Virus record (IMG/VR): IMGVR_UViG_3300029319_000003 | Span: 64,001 to 128,000 of that record | Strand: one strand, 5' to 3' | Source of the DNA: a virus | DNA length: 64,000 bases | Shown: one piece after another, positions 34,116 to 44,500 of the stretch | How the letters are laid out: the number at the start of each line of letters is the position of its first letter | How positions within the stretch are numbered: the stretch's first letter is position 1 | Notes under the pieces: model-generated | The model's database searches: none | What the model was told of the DNA's origin: nothing | Seen by the model: only the letters and a program-made list of their open reading frames with translations | Program-made: the position numbers and the translations under genes

Positions 34116-36785
34116 CTATTGCTGATCAATGTCAGACTTAAGATGTTTGTGATCAAATTTCACGTCGAAATCGATTTTTTTGCCGGTTGATTTTGAGGTC
34201 AAACGAATCCTAAATTTCTTCCCCCAAATCGAGTCATCGGTATTCCCAAGTTTAACACTTGTCGTACCGAGCACGCTATCCGCTTCGGCAATTCCTGAGT
34301 CTTCCCTGTTTAACAACGACTGTTGCATTGTTGGTACCAGTTGCATAAATCTTTTCATGCCTTTAGAAACATCGCGTGGAACTCGATCTGCAAGAGGGAC
34401 GATTTCAACATCGAGAAAAATCGACCCTTTATCATCCATCATTTCTACTTGATAAATAGGTGTTGGATTTGAAATGTGCCCATGATTATCAACAACTCTA
34501 AAAGTATAATAGTATTTTCTATTCGGCTCGACTTTTTCTATCCACGATGCCGCTGTAGCATTCTGTGCTGTCTCGGCAGATACATCTGATGAAACCCGAG
34601 CAATCCGCTTTCCAGCAAAGTCTGTATATGCAGATGGGTGGAAGTCGCACCGATACATTTCAAAAAATGCTGGGTGATCATCGGCTCCAAAATGAATAGG
34701 CTCGTCCGGTAACAAATCCTGCACTTTTCGCGCCTTATCCCAGAGAGCCTGATCGGTTGGCTCAATAGTGATTGGTTGAAGGTGATAGTCACCGACGTTA
34801 CCGTTCCCTGTTACAAGAATTTTATCGTTGATGCCCTTATAAGGGACAAGTTGAATATCTGGCCAAAGTGGGGGCTTGTCCATGATGCGCCCCGTGTGTT
34901 CGTGAATCGGAACCTCTACCAACTGTAAGGATGGCTCATGATAAACCTCAACTGCTACGAACTTACCATTGGTGCCAGCCTCTCCAGTTTCTAATTTAAC
35001 GTATCGGTACTTTGTGCCGACCACAAACTGATAAGCGTAAATAACATATGTATATTCTTTGTTGTATTTAACCTGCGTATCAATAAACCGCAGCACATCA
35101 ATACTATTTGAGTTTGGGAGCCAGAAGTTTTGCAGCGGCTTGCCTGTCGCTTTTTTGCCAGCGAACTTAGCAATTCTATAACACGCTGTTTCAGAATAGG
35201 CTTCCTTGCCCTCCATGACTTCTTTTAAAGAACGCGAGTGTGACTCCAAGATCTTTTTAAGTTTGCCAGCAAAGATAATCAACATAAGACTCTTGAAAAA
35301 ACTATACTGTGGGCTGTTTTTCATTTTAGACTCATTGGCGTATGAGCCAAGAAACACCCGGTCGAAACCAGTGTAGCCATCAAAAAAGTCAATAGCGTCG
35401 TCTGTCAACTTCATAGATTCTAGGTCTGCAAACTTTTCATACCACTGGGTCAAGTCAAAGGTTCTAAACTTTGTTCGCTGGAACACTGTACGAGTCGTAA
35501 CTTTCGCTGCCCCTGTGCTATCAAAGTTGATTGGCATGATTGATGTTTGAGTTGCCTCCATCATGCTCTTACGAGGCATGGTATTCTTTGTAACAGCATC
35601 AATCATATCTGCCAACATTGCACTGCTCATGCTGGTGTCCTCTAAAACTTGCGCCAACTGTGTTGTCTTGTCTGTTGAGAACTCAATATCGGTATACATT
35701 GGAAACATTTCCCGACGCTCATTGTAGTCGTTAAAAATTTTCATGTCACTGATCGGCACAGCAATGTTACTCCACTGCTTAGAAATTCGATTAATCGAAC
35801 CAGCCTTAATTGCATTGTTGTACTGACGGGCGTACATGTCAAAATACTGACCAATAGCATTGGTCTGAACATCATACTTCATGTTTTTCTTTGCTGCCAC
35901 GCTCGTCGGTGCTTCCTTTGATTCCTTTTGCTGACGCTTCATTACCTCGGTGTGCTCAGACTTGAGACTGCCGCCGAGAGTAATCAAATCATCATAAACC
36001 GGGCTGGGATCTTCGTCGTGATCCATGTCCACCAAAAACGCATACATGTTTGGAAGCGTTGGCTCTTTCACTAAGCGATTAGAAATGGTAGGCTCGTACT
36101 TATCAATAAAAAAATTATATTCTGGTATCACGCTAGCATACTGTGTACCCATCGGAGAGTTTAGGCGCTCTAATTCTTTTTTGGGATACGGAAGAGGCAT
36201 CACAAAAGCATGATCTGAATATGCCTTGTCAATCTTTACGGTCGGCTCGTACTTGACCCCACCATAAGTGCCGCCCTCAAGATAAGCATTCCACCATGAA
36301 GGCGCGAACTCACCGTTTACTTTAAACAAGTCTGTGTTTGCCTCGATCAGAACCCACTCTCGGGTGGCTCCGAAAGACGAAGATGAAGTTTTGATTGGGG
36401 CAGATTGCATCTTATTAAAGTGTAATTTAAACGGTGCCGGTCCAGTATTCTTCTTGTCCATGCTGAAATACTGTAGATTCTTTGCTGCCGCCTTCTTATC
36501 CGGTCCTTCAAACGACCAGAAATTTCCGCTCTGCCCACGAACACAGTCTGCAATATTCGGCTTCCTCTTCAGATTTTTAATATTCTTTTTTGAGAAAACC
36601 AAGTCGATGTTTGTTGTGTCAATAATAAATTTCTTTTTGCCTGCTGCGGTAGAACCGTATACAACCGGCTGTGCATATTCATCCGAATAGACAGTGGTAT
36701 TGTCGAGATACTTTGTGGGGTCCGCTGTAATGGCGTCTACCAGCGCTGAAGCCGAAGCAGGAGTTAAAATGGTGTCATCTGCCAT
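34116..36785 (-). CDS. Large structural (baseplate) protein with an FN3-like segment
   Basis: 889 aa; VEPNRKYYYTFRVVDNHGHISNP resembles a fibronectin-III strand pattern; SD GGAGG. Confidence 0.65.
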   Translation of the reverse strand: MADDTILTPASASALVDAITADPTKYLDNTTVYSDEYAQPVVYGSTAAGKKKFIIDTTNIDLVFSKKNIKNLKRKPNIADCVRGQSGNFWSFEGPDKKAAAKNLQYFSMDKKNTGPAPFKLHFNKMQSAPIKTSSSSFGATREWVLIEANTDLFKVNGEFAPSWWNAYLEGGTYGGVKYEPTVKIDKAYSDHAFVMPLPYPKKELERLNSPMGTQYASVIPEYNFFIDKYEPTISNRLVKEPTLPNMYAFLVDMDHDEDPSPVYDDLITLGGSLKSEHTEVMKRQQKESKEAPTSVAAKKNMKYDVQTNAIGQYFDMYARQYNNAIKAGSINRISKQWSNIAVPISDMKIFNDYNERREMFPMYTDIEFSTDKTTQLAQVLEDTSMSSAMLADMIDAVTKNTMPRKSMMEATQTSIMPINFDSTGAAKVTTRTVFQRTKFRTFDLTQWYEKFADLESMKLTDDAIDFFDGYTGFDRVFLGSYANESKMKNSPQYSFFKSLMLIIFAGKLKKILESHSRSLKEVMEGKEAYSETACYRIAKFAGKKATGKPLQNFWLPNSNSIDVLRFIDTQVKYNKEYTYVIYAYQFVVGTKYRYVKLETGEAGTNGKFVAVEVYHEPSLQLVEVPIHEHTGRIMDKPPLWPDIQLVPYKGINDKILVTGNGNVGDYHLQPITIEPTDQALWDKARKVQDLLPDEPIHFGADDHPAFFEMYRCDFHPSAYTDFAGKRIARVSSDVSAETAQNATAASWIEKVEPNRKYYYTFRVVDNHGHISNPTPIYQVEMMDDKGSIFLDVEIVPLADRVPRDVSKGMKRFMQLVPTMQQSLLNREDSGIAEADSVLGTTSVKLGNTDDSIWGKKFRIRLTSKSTGKKIDFDVKFDHKHLKSDIDQQ

Positions 36786-36786
36786 A

Positions 36787-39700
36787 TTAGTAGCCTCCCA
36801 CGGTTGTCATCGTTCCTGTTCGTGGCGCAGTTGCCCCAGTGCGTGTTGTTTTGATCTGAGTGACTGAATTTGTATTTTTATACTTCTTTCCAACTTTGTT
36901 AGATGAGCGGTTGGTTTGAATCAACATATTAAAAATCTTATCCTTGCTGCCGTACTTTGTCGTTGCACTGAGTCGAGACGATTTCGGTGCTCGTCTTGTG
37001 GGAGTAATTAGAAAATACTCATTAAAAACTGGTAATTCAATTCCTGAATCTTTTACAATGCCAAGTTTTGGATTTTCATACGGCTTCTGTCGGCAGAGGA
37101 TTCCACCACCCATTGCATTTTTGTACACCTCGTTAGTAAGCGGCTTCCAAATGGGGCTCTTGATATGCACACCACTCTCGGAGATCTCCAGACCTGCCAA
37201 GTACTCAATACGATTAATCATTTGGTAGTTCATCTTAAACGATGCCGAGCCCTTGATGGAGGAGGGCGCATCTGTAGCGCCAGAGGTAAAATAAGTCCTC
37301 TTCACCGCTGAACTGGTGCCTGAGCCATCAAGCATCAAAGACTTCAACTGGTTTGGCATGCTAACCAGTGCATCGCGAATTGTGGAATGTGGCTCTTGCC
37401 CGTTAGAAATAAGAGTTGACGTAATTATCTCCTTGTCCCTTGACATAAAGTCAACAATGCTATCCGACGTACTAAGATTAAAAATATCAATCGTTCCAAC
37501 TTCTACTGGTGTACTAGAGTTTGCTGTTTTATTGTCGGACTTCATTGAAGCACCAATTCTTGTTTGCGTGCTTGCCTTTGCAAAGGGGTTTAGACTTGTG
37601 AACCCATTGCGAACAAGATTCTTTGAAAGACCAGCCAGCAAGACCGCTGGATTATTATTGGCATCCTCTGCTTGATCTACTTCACATGTAGAATTAATCT
37701 TCACATGTGGATCCACAGCAACTACTGACTGGACCTCGCTTTCGCCCGAAACATTCGGCACCTGTTCGCGAGATCTTTTAATATTGTCCGTCAGCGGTCT
37801 AATTTCTCGATCTTCAATAGACTCAAAAGTCATTCCAAGTGAGGCATATACACTACTCATATTTGATTTATATATTTGTGCTTCATCAGAAAGGGATGAA
37901 TTACTGGATGTGGCAGGCGCTGTGTTCGGGCTGTCACTAGAGTTGTGGCGCAAAATCCCAGCCTCAAAAGCAGTGTAATAAGAATCGTCATGTGCCTCGC
38001 CAGTATCGCTGGTGGCATTTGCCAACAGGTTTAAGGTGCCGGGGTTGGACAACTTAACAATCGCCGGTGACAAAAATGTAAAACTAGTGTTGCTAATTCT
38101 ATCGCCATCGGTAATCTGAGATTGAGGTGTTCTGATTGTAATATCAACATCCTCGCTGGTAAAGTATCTTGCTGTTTCCATCCCCACACGCGCCTTGTAC
38201 TGCGCCCCGCTCAGAGTTAGCAGCCCCGGCTTGGTAGATGGCTCCACCTCTTCAGAGATAGAAAGATAATCATAGCCAGTATTCTTTTCAATATTGCTGT
38301 CAAACGACTCTTCGAAAAACCTCTTTTCAACAGTAAAGCATCTGCGGGCGTGGGTGCTCTTCGTCTTAACAGAACTGGGCTTGCAGGCTCTTTTCCCAGT
38401 CTTGCCCTGCTCCGTCGTCGCTCCAGAGTCCTGCTCGGTTAACCTGCCGATCTTAGAGCATAACTGGTCTATGAGCCTCATGAGCACTGCTACGCCTTTA
38501 GGATTGCCAGTATAAGGGCTAGCCATTGTATAAAGAGCCATACGGATCTTGTCGCCCGAGGAGTGCATAACATTTGTAAGAACACTGAGTGCGTAAAGGT
38601 ATTCTGTGATCGCCTTAATCCAAGGGGCGTCCCGCATATTCTCTTCAGTGTACTTCTTGTTCATTTGATTGATAAAATTTTGTGTAAACCTGTTGGACAC
38701 CACATCAAAGTTTCCGGTGGAGTGATTCTTTTCGGATGCCATCTCGCTAACATGATCGATGTGAGGATCTGATACTTCCACCGTGTGTCGAGACATTCCT
38801 AACTTAGAACCCTCATTGTAATATTGCAACAAGTATTTTCGGCATCGCAAAAGAGTTGAGCGCAGACTCTTTAGAAAAACGACAGTGCCATCCTCAACAT
38901 CCATCTCAATCGAATACTGATAAAAGCCATCAGTGATCGCCGCCATGCCATTGTCTACGCCAGTAAACATTCTAATGTCTCTGTTCTCTACATCATCCAT
39001 TGCCAACTTTACTTCAGACACTGAACCTGAAGAACGCTTGGCTGCTTTGAATGTTCCTCTTTTTTCTCCCGAAATTGCTATCAACTGTGGCGGCGATTCA
39101 GTATCGAAAATCGGCTGACCAGTATATGGCGAGCCCAGCCTATTAAATGTTTCCAACTGTCGTACCCGGTTTCGGAATACTTTTAATGTTTTAATTTTTG
39201 AGTTTTTCATTATAGACTCACGCATGTCTGGACTAGCATTGTTTAACAACTTGCCATACATGGAGTTATCGCGAACCAACTCTCTAAAGTCTACTAAGAA
39301 AGAGAACCGAGCATTGTTGTCTAAAGATCTTGATAACATAATATCAGAAAAATGAGACACCTTCTTTTTCGGATTAACATCATGAGTGGTAAGAACCTTC
39401 ATACGATTTTTGGATGAAAACACTTCATTCTCGATTGTTGTCAAATCAATCTGAAGTCGTTCAATGTCTTCGACATTTCTAAAGTCTTGGATTTTGTCGT
39501 TTGAAACTTCATCTAATGTCAGGCGCACCGAGGTGCTTGTTTTCGAAGAACCTGACCACCATTGTCCGTTATCATCTTGATTTACTGCACCTGTCCAGAT
39601 TGCACCACTTGAATCGTAATAAACATAAGCAGTGGATACAATTTCATAATCATTAATTGCCACATCAGAGACAACCTTTCCATTCATCGCATAAAGATTT

Positions 39701-40428
39701 TCTTCATCAATTTGTAAATTGTAGTCATCTCGGAGAGCCACCATGTCGATGTATGAAACAGCAAAGTAAGCCAAGTGTGCCGGCTCCGACTGCGATACAT
39801 CAAATCGAGTGCGATAAGTAAACTCTGTTATTGAGTTGCCATCATTGTCTGTTGTGCTCAAGGTCTGCGTCAAGTTAGAGTTGTCGCCCTCTACGTCAGT
39901 CGCAACCGACAACTCAACTGCTGTGGTGTGACGTTGATAATAATCATATGCCGCTGTGGCGTCATCAATTCCAAGTTCCTGCATCAACAAAGCAATATCC
40001 TCATCATCGTCTGAGGGGTTGACACCCGTGTTTGAAAGTTGAATAGCATTGGCATTAGATGAAAGAACTGTGGTGACTGCCGGGTCATCACTCTGAATCA
40101 CCTTTAGTTTAAGATACTTTGAAAAATTCTGATCTTCAAACCATGTTGAGATCATACTGTCGTCAAGAGACTCCAGCAGTGACAACTCCAAAGTAACAAT
40201 TAGTTGATTGTTTTTCTCGGATGTGTCCTTTGCTGCATAATTGTGACCTTTGAAATTGGTCACGTTTCGCCCATAGCGATTCTTGTCATAAGCGTGCTCA
40301 CGCGGATGATCGACGTGTGGGTTTGTCTCTTTCAGCGGGGAACCCGACGACTCTAAAAGAATTTCTGTAATATAAACATCTGGGATTATCTCTCCAAGAA
40401 TGTTTTCTTGATTAATATCAGCAGCCAT
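36787..40428 (-). CDS. Large structural (baseplate-region) protein
   Basis: About 1213 aa. The start is placed at ATG 40428, overlapping the upstream TAA (TAATG). No recognisable enzyme motif. Confidence 0.7.
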   Translation of the reverse strand: MAADINQENILGEIIPDVYITEILLESSGSPLKETNPHVDHPREHAYDKNRYGRNVTNFKGHNYAAKDTSEKNNQLIVTLELSLLESLDDSMISTWFEDQNFSKYLKLKVIQSDDPAVTTVLSSNANAIQLSNTGVNPSDDDEDIALLMQELGIDDATAAYDYYQRHTTAVELSVATDVEGDNSNLTQTLSTTDNDGNSITEFTYRTRFDVSQSEPAHLAYFAVSYIDMVALRDDYNLQIDEENLYAMNGKVVSDVAINDYEIVSTAYVYYDSSGAIWTGAVNQDDNGQWWSGSSKTSTSVRLTLDEVSNDKIQDFRNVEDIERLQIDLTTIENEVFSSKNRMKVLTTHDVNPKKKVSHFSDIMLSRSLDNNARFSFLVDFRELVRDNSMYGKLLNNASPDMRESIMKNSKIKTLKVFRNRVRQLETFNRLGSPYTGQPIFDTESPPQLIAISGEKRGTFKAAKRSSGSVSEVKLAMDDVENRDIRMFTGVDNGMAAITDGFYQYSIEMDVEDGTVVFLKSLRSTLLRCRKYLLQYYNEGSKLGMSRHTVEVSDPHIDHVSEMASEKNHSTGNFDVVSNRFTQNFINQMNKKYTEENMRDAPWIKAITEYLYALSVLTNVMHSSGDKIRMALYTMASPYTGNPKGVAVLMRLIDQLCSKIGRLTEQDSGATTEQGKTGKRACKPSSVKTKSTHARRCFTVEKRFFEESFDSNIEKNTGYDYLSISEEVEPSTKPGLLTLSGAQYKARVGMETARYFTSEDVDITIRTPQSQITDGDRISNTSFTFLSPAIVKLSNPGTLNLLANATSDTGEAHDDSYYTAFEAGILRHNSSDSPNTAPATSSNSSLSDEAQIYKSNMSSVYASLGMTFESIEDREIRPLTDNIKRSREQVPNVSGESEVQSVVAVDPHVKINSTCEVDQAEDANNNPAVLLAGLSKNLVRNGFTSLNPFAKASTQTRIGASMKSDNKTANSSTPVEVGTIDIFNLSTSDSIVDFMSRDKEIITSTLISNGQEPHSTIRDALVSMPNQLKSLMLDGSGTSSAVKRTYFTSGATDAPSSIKGSASFKMNYQMINRIEYLAGLEISESGVHIKSPIWKPLTNEVYKNAMGGGILCRQKPYENPKLGIVKDSGIELPVFNEYFLITPTRRAPKSSRLSATTKYGSKDKIFNMLIQTNRSSNKVGKKYKNTNSVTQIKTTRTGATAPRTGTMTTVGGY

Positions 40429-41531
40429 TAGCACTCATCTCCAAAGGGTCCGTCGTCTTCGCTGACAGGACTGGTGTAAGTTGAGCCACCATCCGCTGCA
40501 TTCGCGGGACCACAGCCGGGTGGACAATTAATTTCCTCGTTTGCGAACAGACTGTCACGGCGATTTTCTGGGACGTTCTCACAGAAGACCATCGGATCTA
40601 TTTCTTTGTCAACAAAGATATTGAAAAAATATTCAACATAACTGGAGTCGATAGCGGGAAACAACTCCATTGTCCCACCTTCTGGTTCATCAAGCAAGAT
40701 ATTATTTTTTATCATAGTTGGGCGCTGGATGAAGGAGAGCGGTGTCAATTTTTCTTTTGTATGCTGCTTTTCACCACTCAATCCCGGCGTGTGAATTGTG
40801 CCGGATACATCAACATCCTCTACGATAAAAACCTCAATATCATAATTCTTTTTAAGCGACACAGAGTTTATCTCATCAATCTCCAAAAGAAGATAATCAT
40901 TATCAATGTGGATATACGAACCATCTGGATATAATTCATTCGCCAAATTCAAGTCGTTTGCCGAGCCAGCATCAGATGGATTGCCCGGTTTAATTGCCTC
41001 GTCCTCACCTTCAGTATCGGGCGCGGCTTCTTGTTTTACAAGTGTTTTGAATAAAACGTCACTGGGTGTAAGCCGAGGAATTTTTAATGTTGGGTGAGCA
41101 CCAACAACATATTGTAAGGAGCCGGATAACTTGCCCTTTAAAAAGGTAACATTCCAAGCAGGCATTTTATCGGCATGCAAGTCTGTTGATCCGAGAGGAG
41201 CCGCAAGGGCATAGTGTTTTTCATGAGTTGACTGAAACTTCTCGCTTTTAAAACTTAATTTTCCTGACCGCACTTGTTCGTTCAATTCTTTAATTTCTGT
41301 CCCTCGACCGGAATAGATATACTGAGTTTTGAGGGATGGTGTGTCGTCCTCAATGCGGTCTTTAGTTTCGTTCTGCGGCTCGGTGCCGCCGCCGTATTCG
41401 TGATCATACAATATGTTGTCATCAAAAAACGCATAATATACTGGTTCAAACTCACCTTGCGACAAAAGCAATTTGCCGTATTGTGTCAGTTGAACATCAA
41501 GCACGTCTTCTTTTTTATTGAAAAACTCCAT
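40428..41531 (-). CDS. Baseplate-region protein with the N-terminal half of a tail-collar-like domain
   Basis: MEFFNKKEDVLDVQLTQYGKLLLSQGEFEPVYYAFFDD is similar to the N-terminus of 33129-34058; coupled to the giant gene by TAATG. Confidence 0.65.
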   Translation of the reverse strand: MEFFNKKEDVLDVQLTQYGKLLLSQGEFEPVYYAFFDDNILYDHEYGGGTEPQNETKDRIEDDTPSLKTQYIYSGRGTEIKELNEQVRSGKLSFKSEKFQSTHEKHYALAAPLGSTDLHADKMPAWNVTFLKGKLSGSLQYVVGAHPTLKIPRLTPSDVLFKTLVKQEAAPDTEGEDEAIKPGNPSDAGSANDLNLANELYPDGSYIHIDNDYLLLEIDEINSVSLKKNYDIEVFIVEDVDVSGTIHTPGLSGEKQHTKEKLTPLSFIQRPTMIKNNILLDEPEGGTMELFPAIDSSYVEYFFNIFVDKEIDPMVFCENVPENRRDSLFANEEINCPPGCGPANAADGGSTYTSPVSEDDGPFGDEC

Positions 41532-44500
41532 TAACTGTCATCTCCAAATATTTTGCCGGGTCTGCTTGTAGAAACGGTCGCAGTAGGTGCGGAGGTTCTT
41601 GCAACCACAGAGGTGGATGTTTGAGCAGCGACCAGTGCAGATTCTGGATCGTCAATCCGACGTAATGTCGGATCAACAGACACATCTTCTGCTGGAGGCA
41701 TAAACTCAATCACTCCTTCAACATTAACCTTTTCGACCAGTGAGCAGAAATCATATGGCCAGTTGTAACTATACTCTGGGGCTTTTTTACCGACGGCAAA
41801 GTCAAACTTGAATCGATGGTCATCTGCTGAATCTGCGGTGATAGAGTAGTAATTTTGTTCTGCACGCTTCTTGACCTTAAATGTTAACCACCTGACGTTT
41901 GGAGGTAGATTCTTTCCTTCATAGAATTCAATCTTATTCATTTCATGAGAAATGACTGCCTCATCGCGTTCAGCGCGGGTGCCAATTTTTGGAGTAAGCC
42001 CTTGCCAAATATCTGATAAGTCTTTGTTGTCGAAAGTGTGATTGAACTCAAAGACGTACATAACGAATGGGAACTCTCCAGACTTCAACGGGAACCGAAC
42101 AAAATCATATTGTGGGGGAATGTTGTAAACCTTCATTCGCTTAATCATGTCAGAAACCGATGTGTCCCAAACATCCTCTTCCGAGCCATACTCACCTTGC
42201 GGGATCGCGGGCTTACCGGCTTCGACGTTTGTCTTGGTGAGGTTGAACAGTTTTTTCGATATTTTAAAGAAGTTTCGCCCTGCAACCGTCACGGTCTTTG
42301 CGCCATAGTTGCTCGGCTCGTCCACAAAGGGGATCATAACAATCGCTTCAGATATATCTTTTTCATCAGCAACTTCACCAATACGGGAGAATCCCGGTGT
42401 AAAACCACAAACATCAATCAAAGAACCAACTGGACGGGAGCCAACTTGAACAGTTGATAGGTATGCTATAGAGTCGCTTGGTAGTTCCTGAGTAAACCAT
42501 GTTGAGGAGGCAAAATATTGACCGAGGGGTGCATAATCATATGCTCGATAAACTTCTTCGCGTGGTCCGTAAATAACCACTGCATTTAAGTTACCGGCAT
42601 CATATACGGGACCATCAATGTCCAAAGAAGATAGTGTTGCATCAAAATCATCGTACCCAGAGATCGTGGTAAACATCTGGGCGGCGACTTGCTCAGTCGT
42701 CTGGGTCGAAATTGTTCTAATCCTGATTCCGGTCATACCAGTTGGGTTTGGATCATTACTGTTTGAGGTGCCGTCATCAAACCAAACATAGTAAGGATTG
42801 TTTGATTTTCCGTAAATAACAAAATATCCCTGATCAACCCCTGCGCCTCCAAGGTATGCGTTGTTGGAATAATAAGAACCAGACTCGGGGATAACCAGCG
42901 TGACTTGACGCCGACCGTCTTGCAGCGACTGTCGGTCTTTGAGTTCATAACTTTCTGCCAAAGACATAAACACCCCGTCCTTGCTTGTTGGTTTCTCTCC
43001 ATATCCCGTCCACATACCAATTCCAGCGCCAGCCTTGCCAGAAGTATTAATTTCATTCTCGGACCCAAACGCCGGGATCGCATTCCGCACACTTCCTGTT
43101 GCTTTTGTAACAAAGTTTGTATTATCTTCGTTATTAAAGTCGAGAATAGGACATTCGAATCTCGGCTGAATAACCCATGTATCAAAAGTACTTGAATTAG
43201 AATCCTGTGCGGTCTGTGGCAAGAACTCCGTCTGAGTTACATCTGACAAGTTCTCTCGGTTGGGAGTTTGAACCACATCGTATGTTACTTCGCGAAGTCG
43301 GGTTTTTCCAAGCATGTTAATAGACGATGACATTGGCATCCGAGCCTGCCAAGCAGGGGATTTTTTATAATAATTAAATACATTACCATTCGTCCCGCCT
43401 GCTGAAAGAATGTCTCCAATCGCATACATCAAACCTTCACCATTCTCGCCGTACTTTGATCGGATGAATGGCATGGCTCGCGGGACGCCTTGCTGGACAT
43501 ACAGTTTGGCTTCGGAAACAATATCTCCCACGCCGTCGGAATTAACATTAACAGAGCGGAAGAGTTCTGCCGCTTCGGGGTTTAAGTCTTCAATTTCAAC
43601 TCCTGCCAGAATCTCATCCAAAGTATATTTCTTTGTCTCTGTTGCTACGAATGAAAGTCGTGCTGTTGCTCGTCCGTAAAAATACGGAGGCGTGTATGGT
43701 GCCTGTGCAGGATCTTGAATTTTAGCCAAGTCATTGTCGCCTTCATAGAGCGCAGAAGAGGTGACCAGCATTCCAGCAGCGTGATCGTCTTGAACAGAGT
43801 CTTCACCACCACCTGTTAGTACTTCATACATACGGTGCATGTCGGGATCATCGTAAAACTCACTAGGATCAATTGTAATAACCTCGCCATTTGTTTTATA
43901 TCTAAACGGAGGACCAAAATAACGACCCTTTGTTGAGCGCGGCACACTTACCGCCAGTTCTTCATCCTGTCTAAGTTCTTCACGACCAGCAGTTCGACCC
44001 GACTCTTCACTGCCATAAGGACTGACCATCATATCAAAATTTTCTGATTTGTGCAAATTAACATCCATGTAATACACAGTACCCGAAACCATGCTTTTAA
44101 ATCTATTTTCTGGCTGTGAGGCGAATGTGACCATGCCCTTGTTTTTGAGGAAGAATTTTGGAGTCTCTGCAAGGAAGTTGTGCATAGCCAACTCGTAAAG
44201 ATTGTCTTTCTCTCCATTCCATTCAAAGTATGGATATACCCAAGGAGTTCCGCTGGCTAACTTCATATCTGTATTTGTGTTCCATAAATAACTTGGAAGG
44301 TGCGGGTAGCCCAACTCATCACCTCGATAATATGTTGGTGCTGTCATATAAATACGAGCAGAGGACCATTGGGTTGAAGAATCTTTTCGCGGCAAAAGAC
44401 TAAGATCAACAAGCGCTTCAAATGGAAGCCGCATGTCCGGTGTGCGATCAATAAGGTAGCCACAACTTTGTGAAAGCCAAATCTTTCCGTCCTGAGAATC

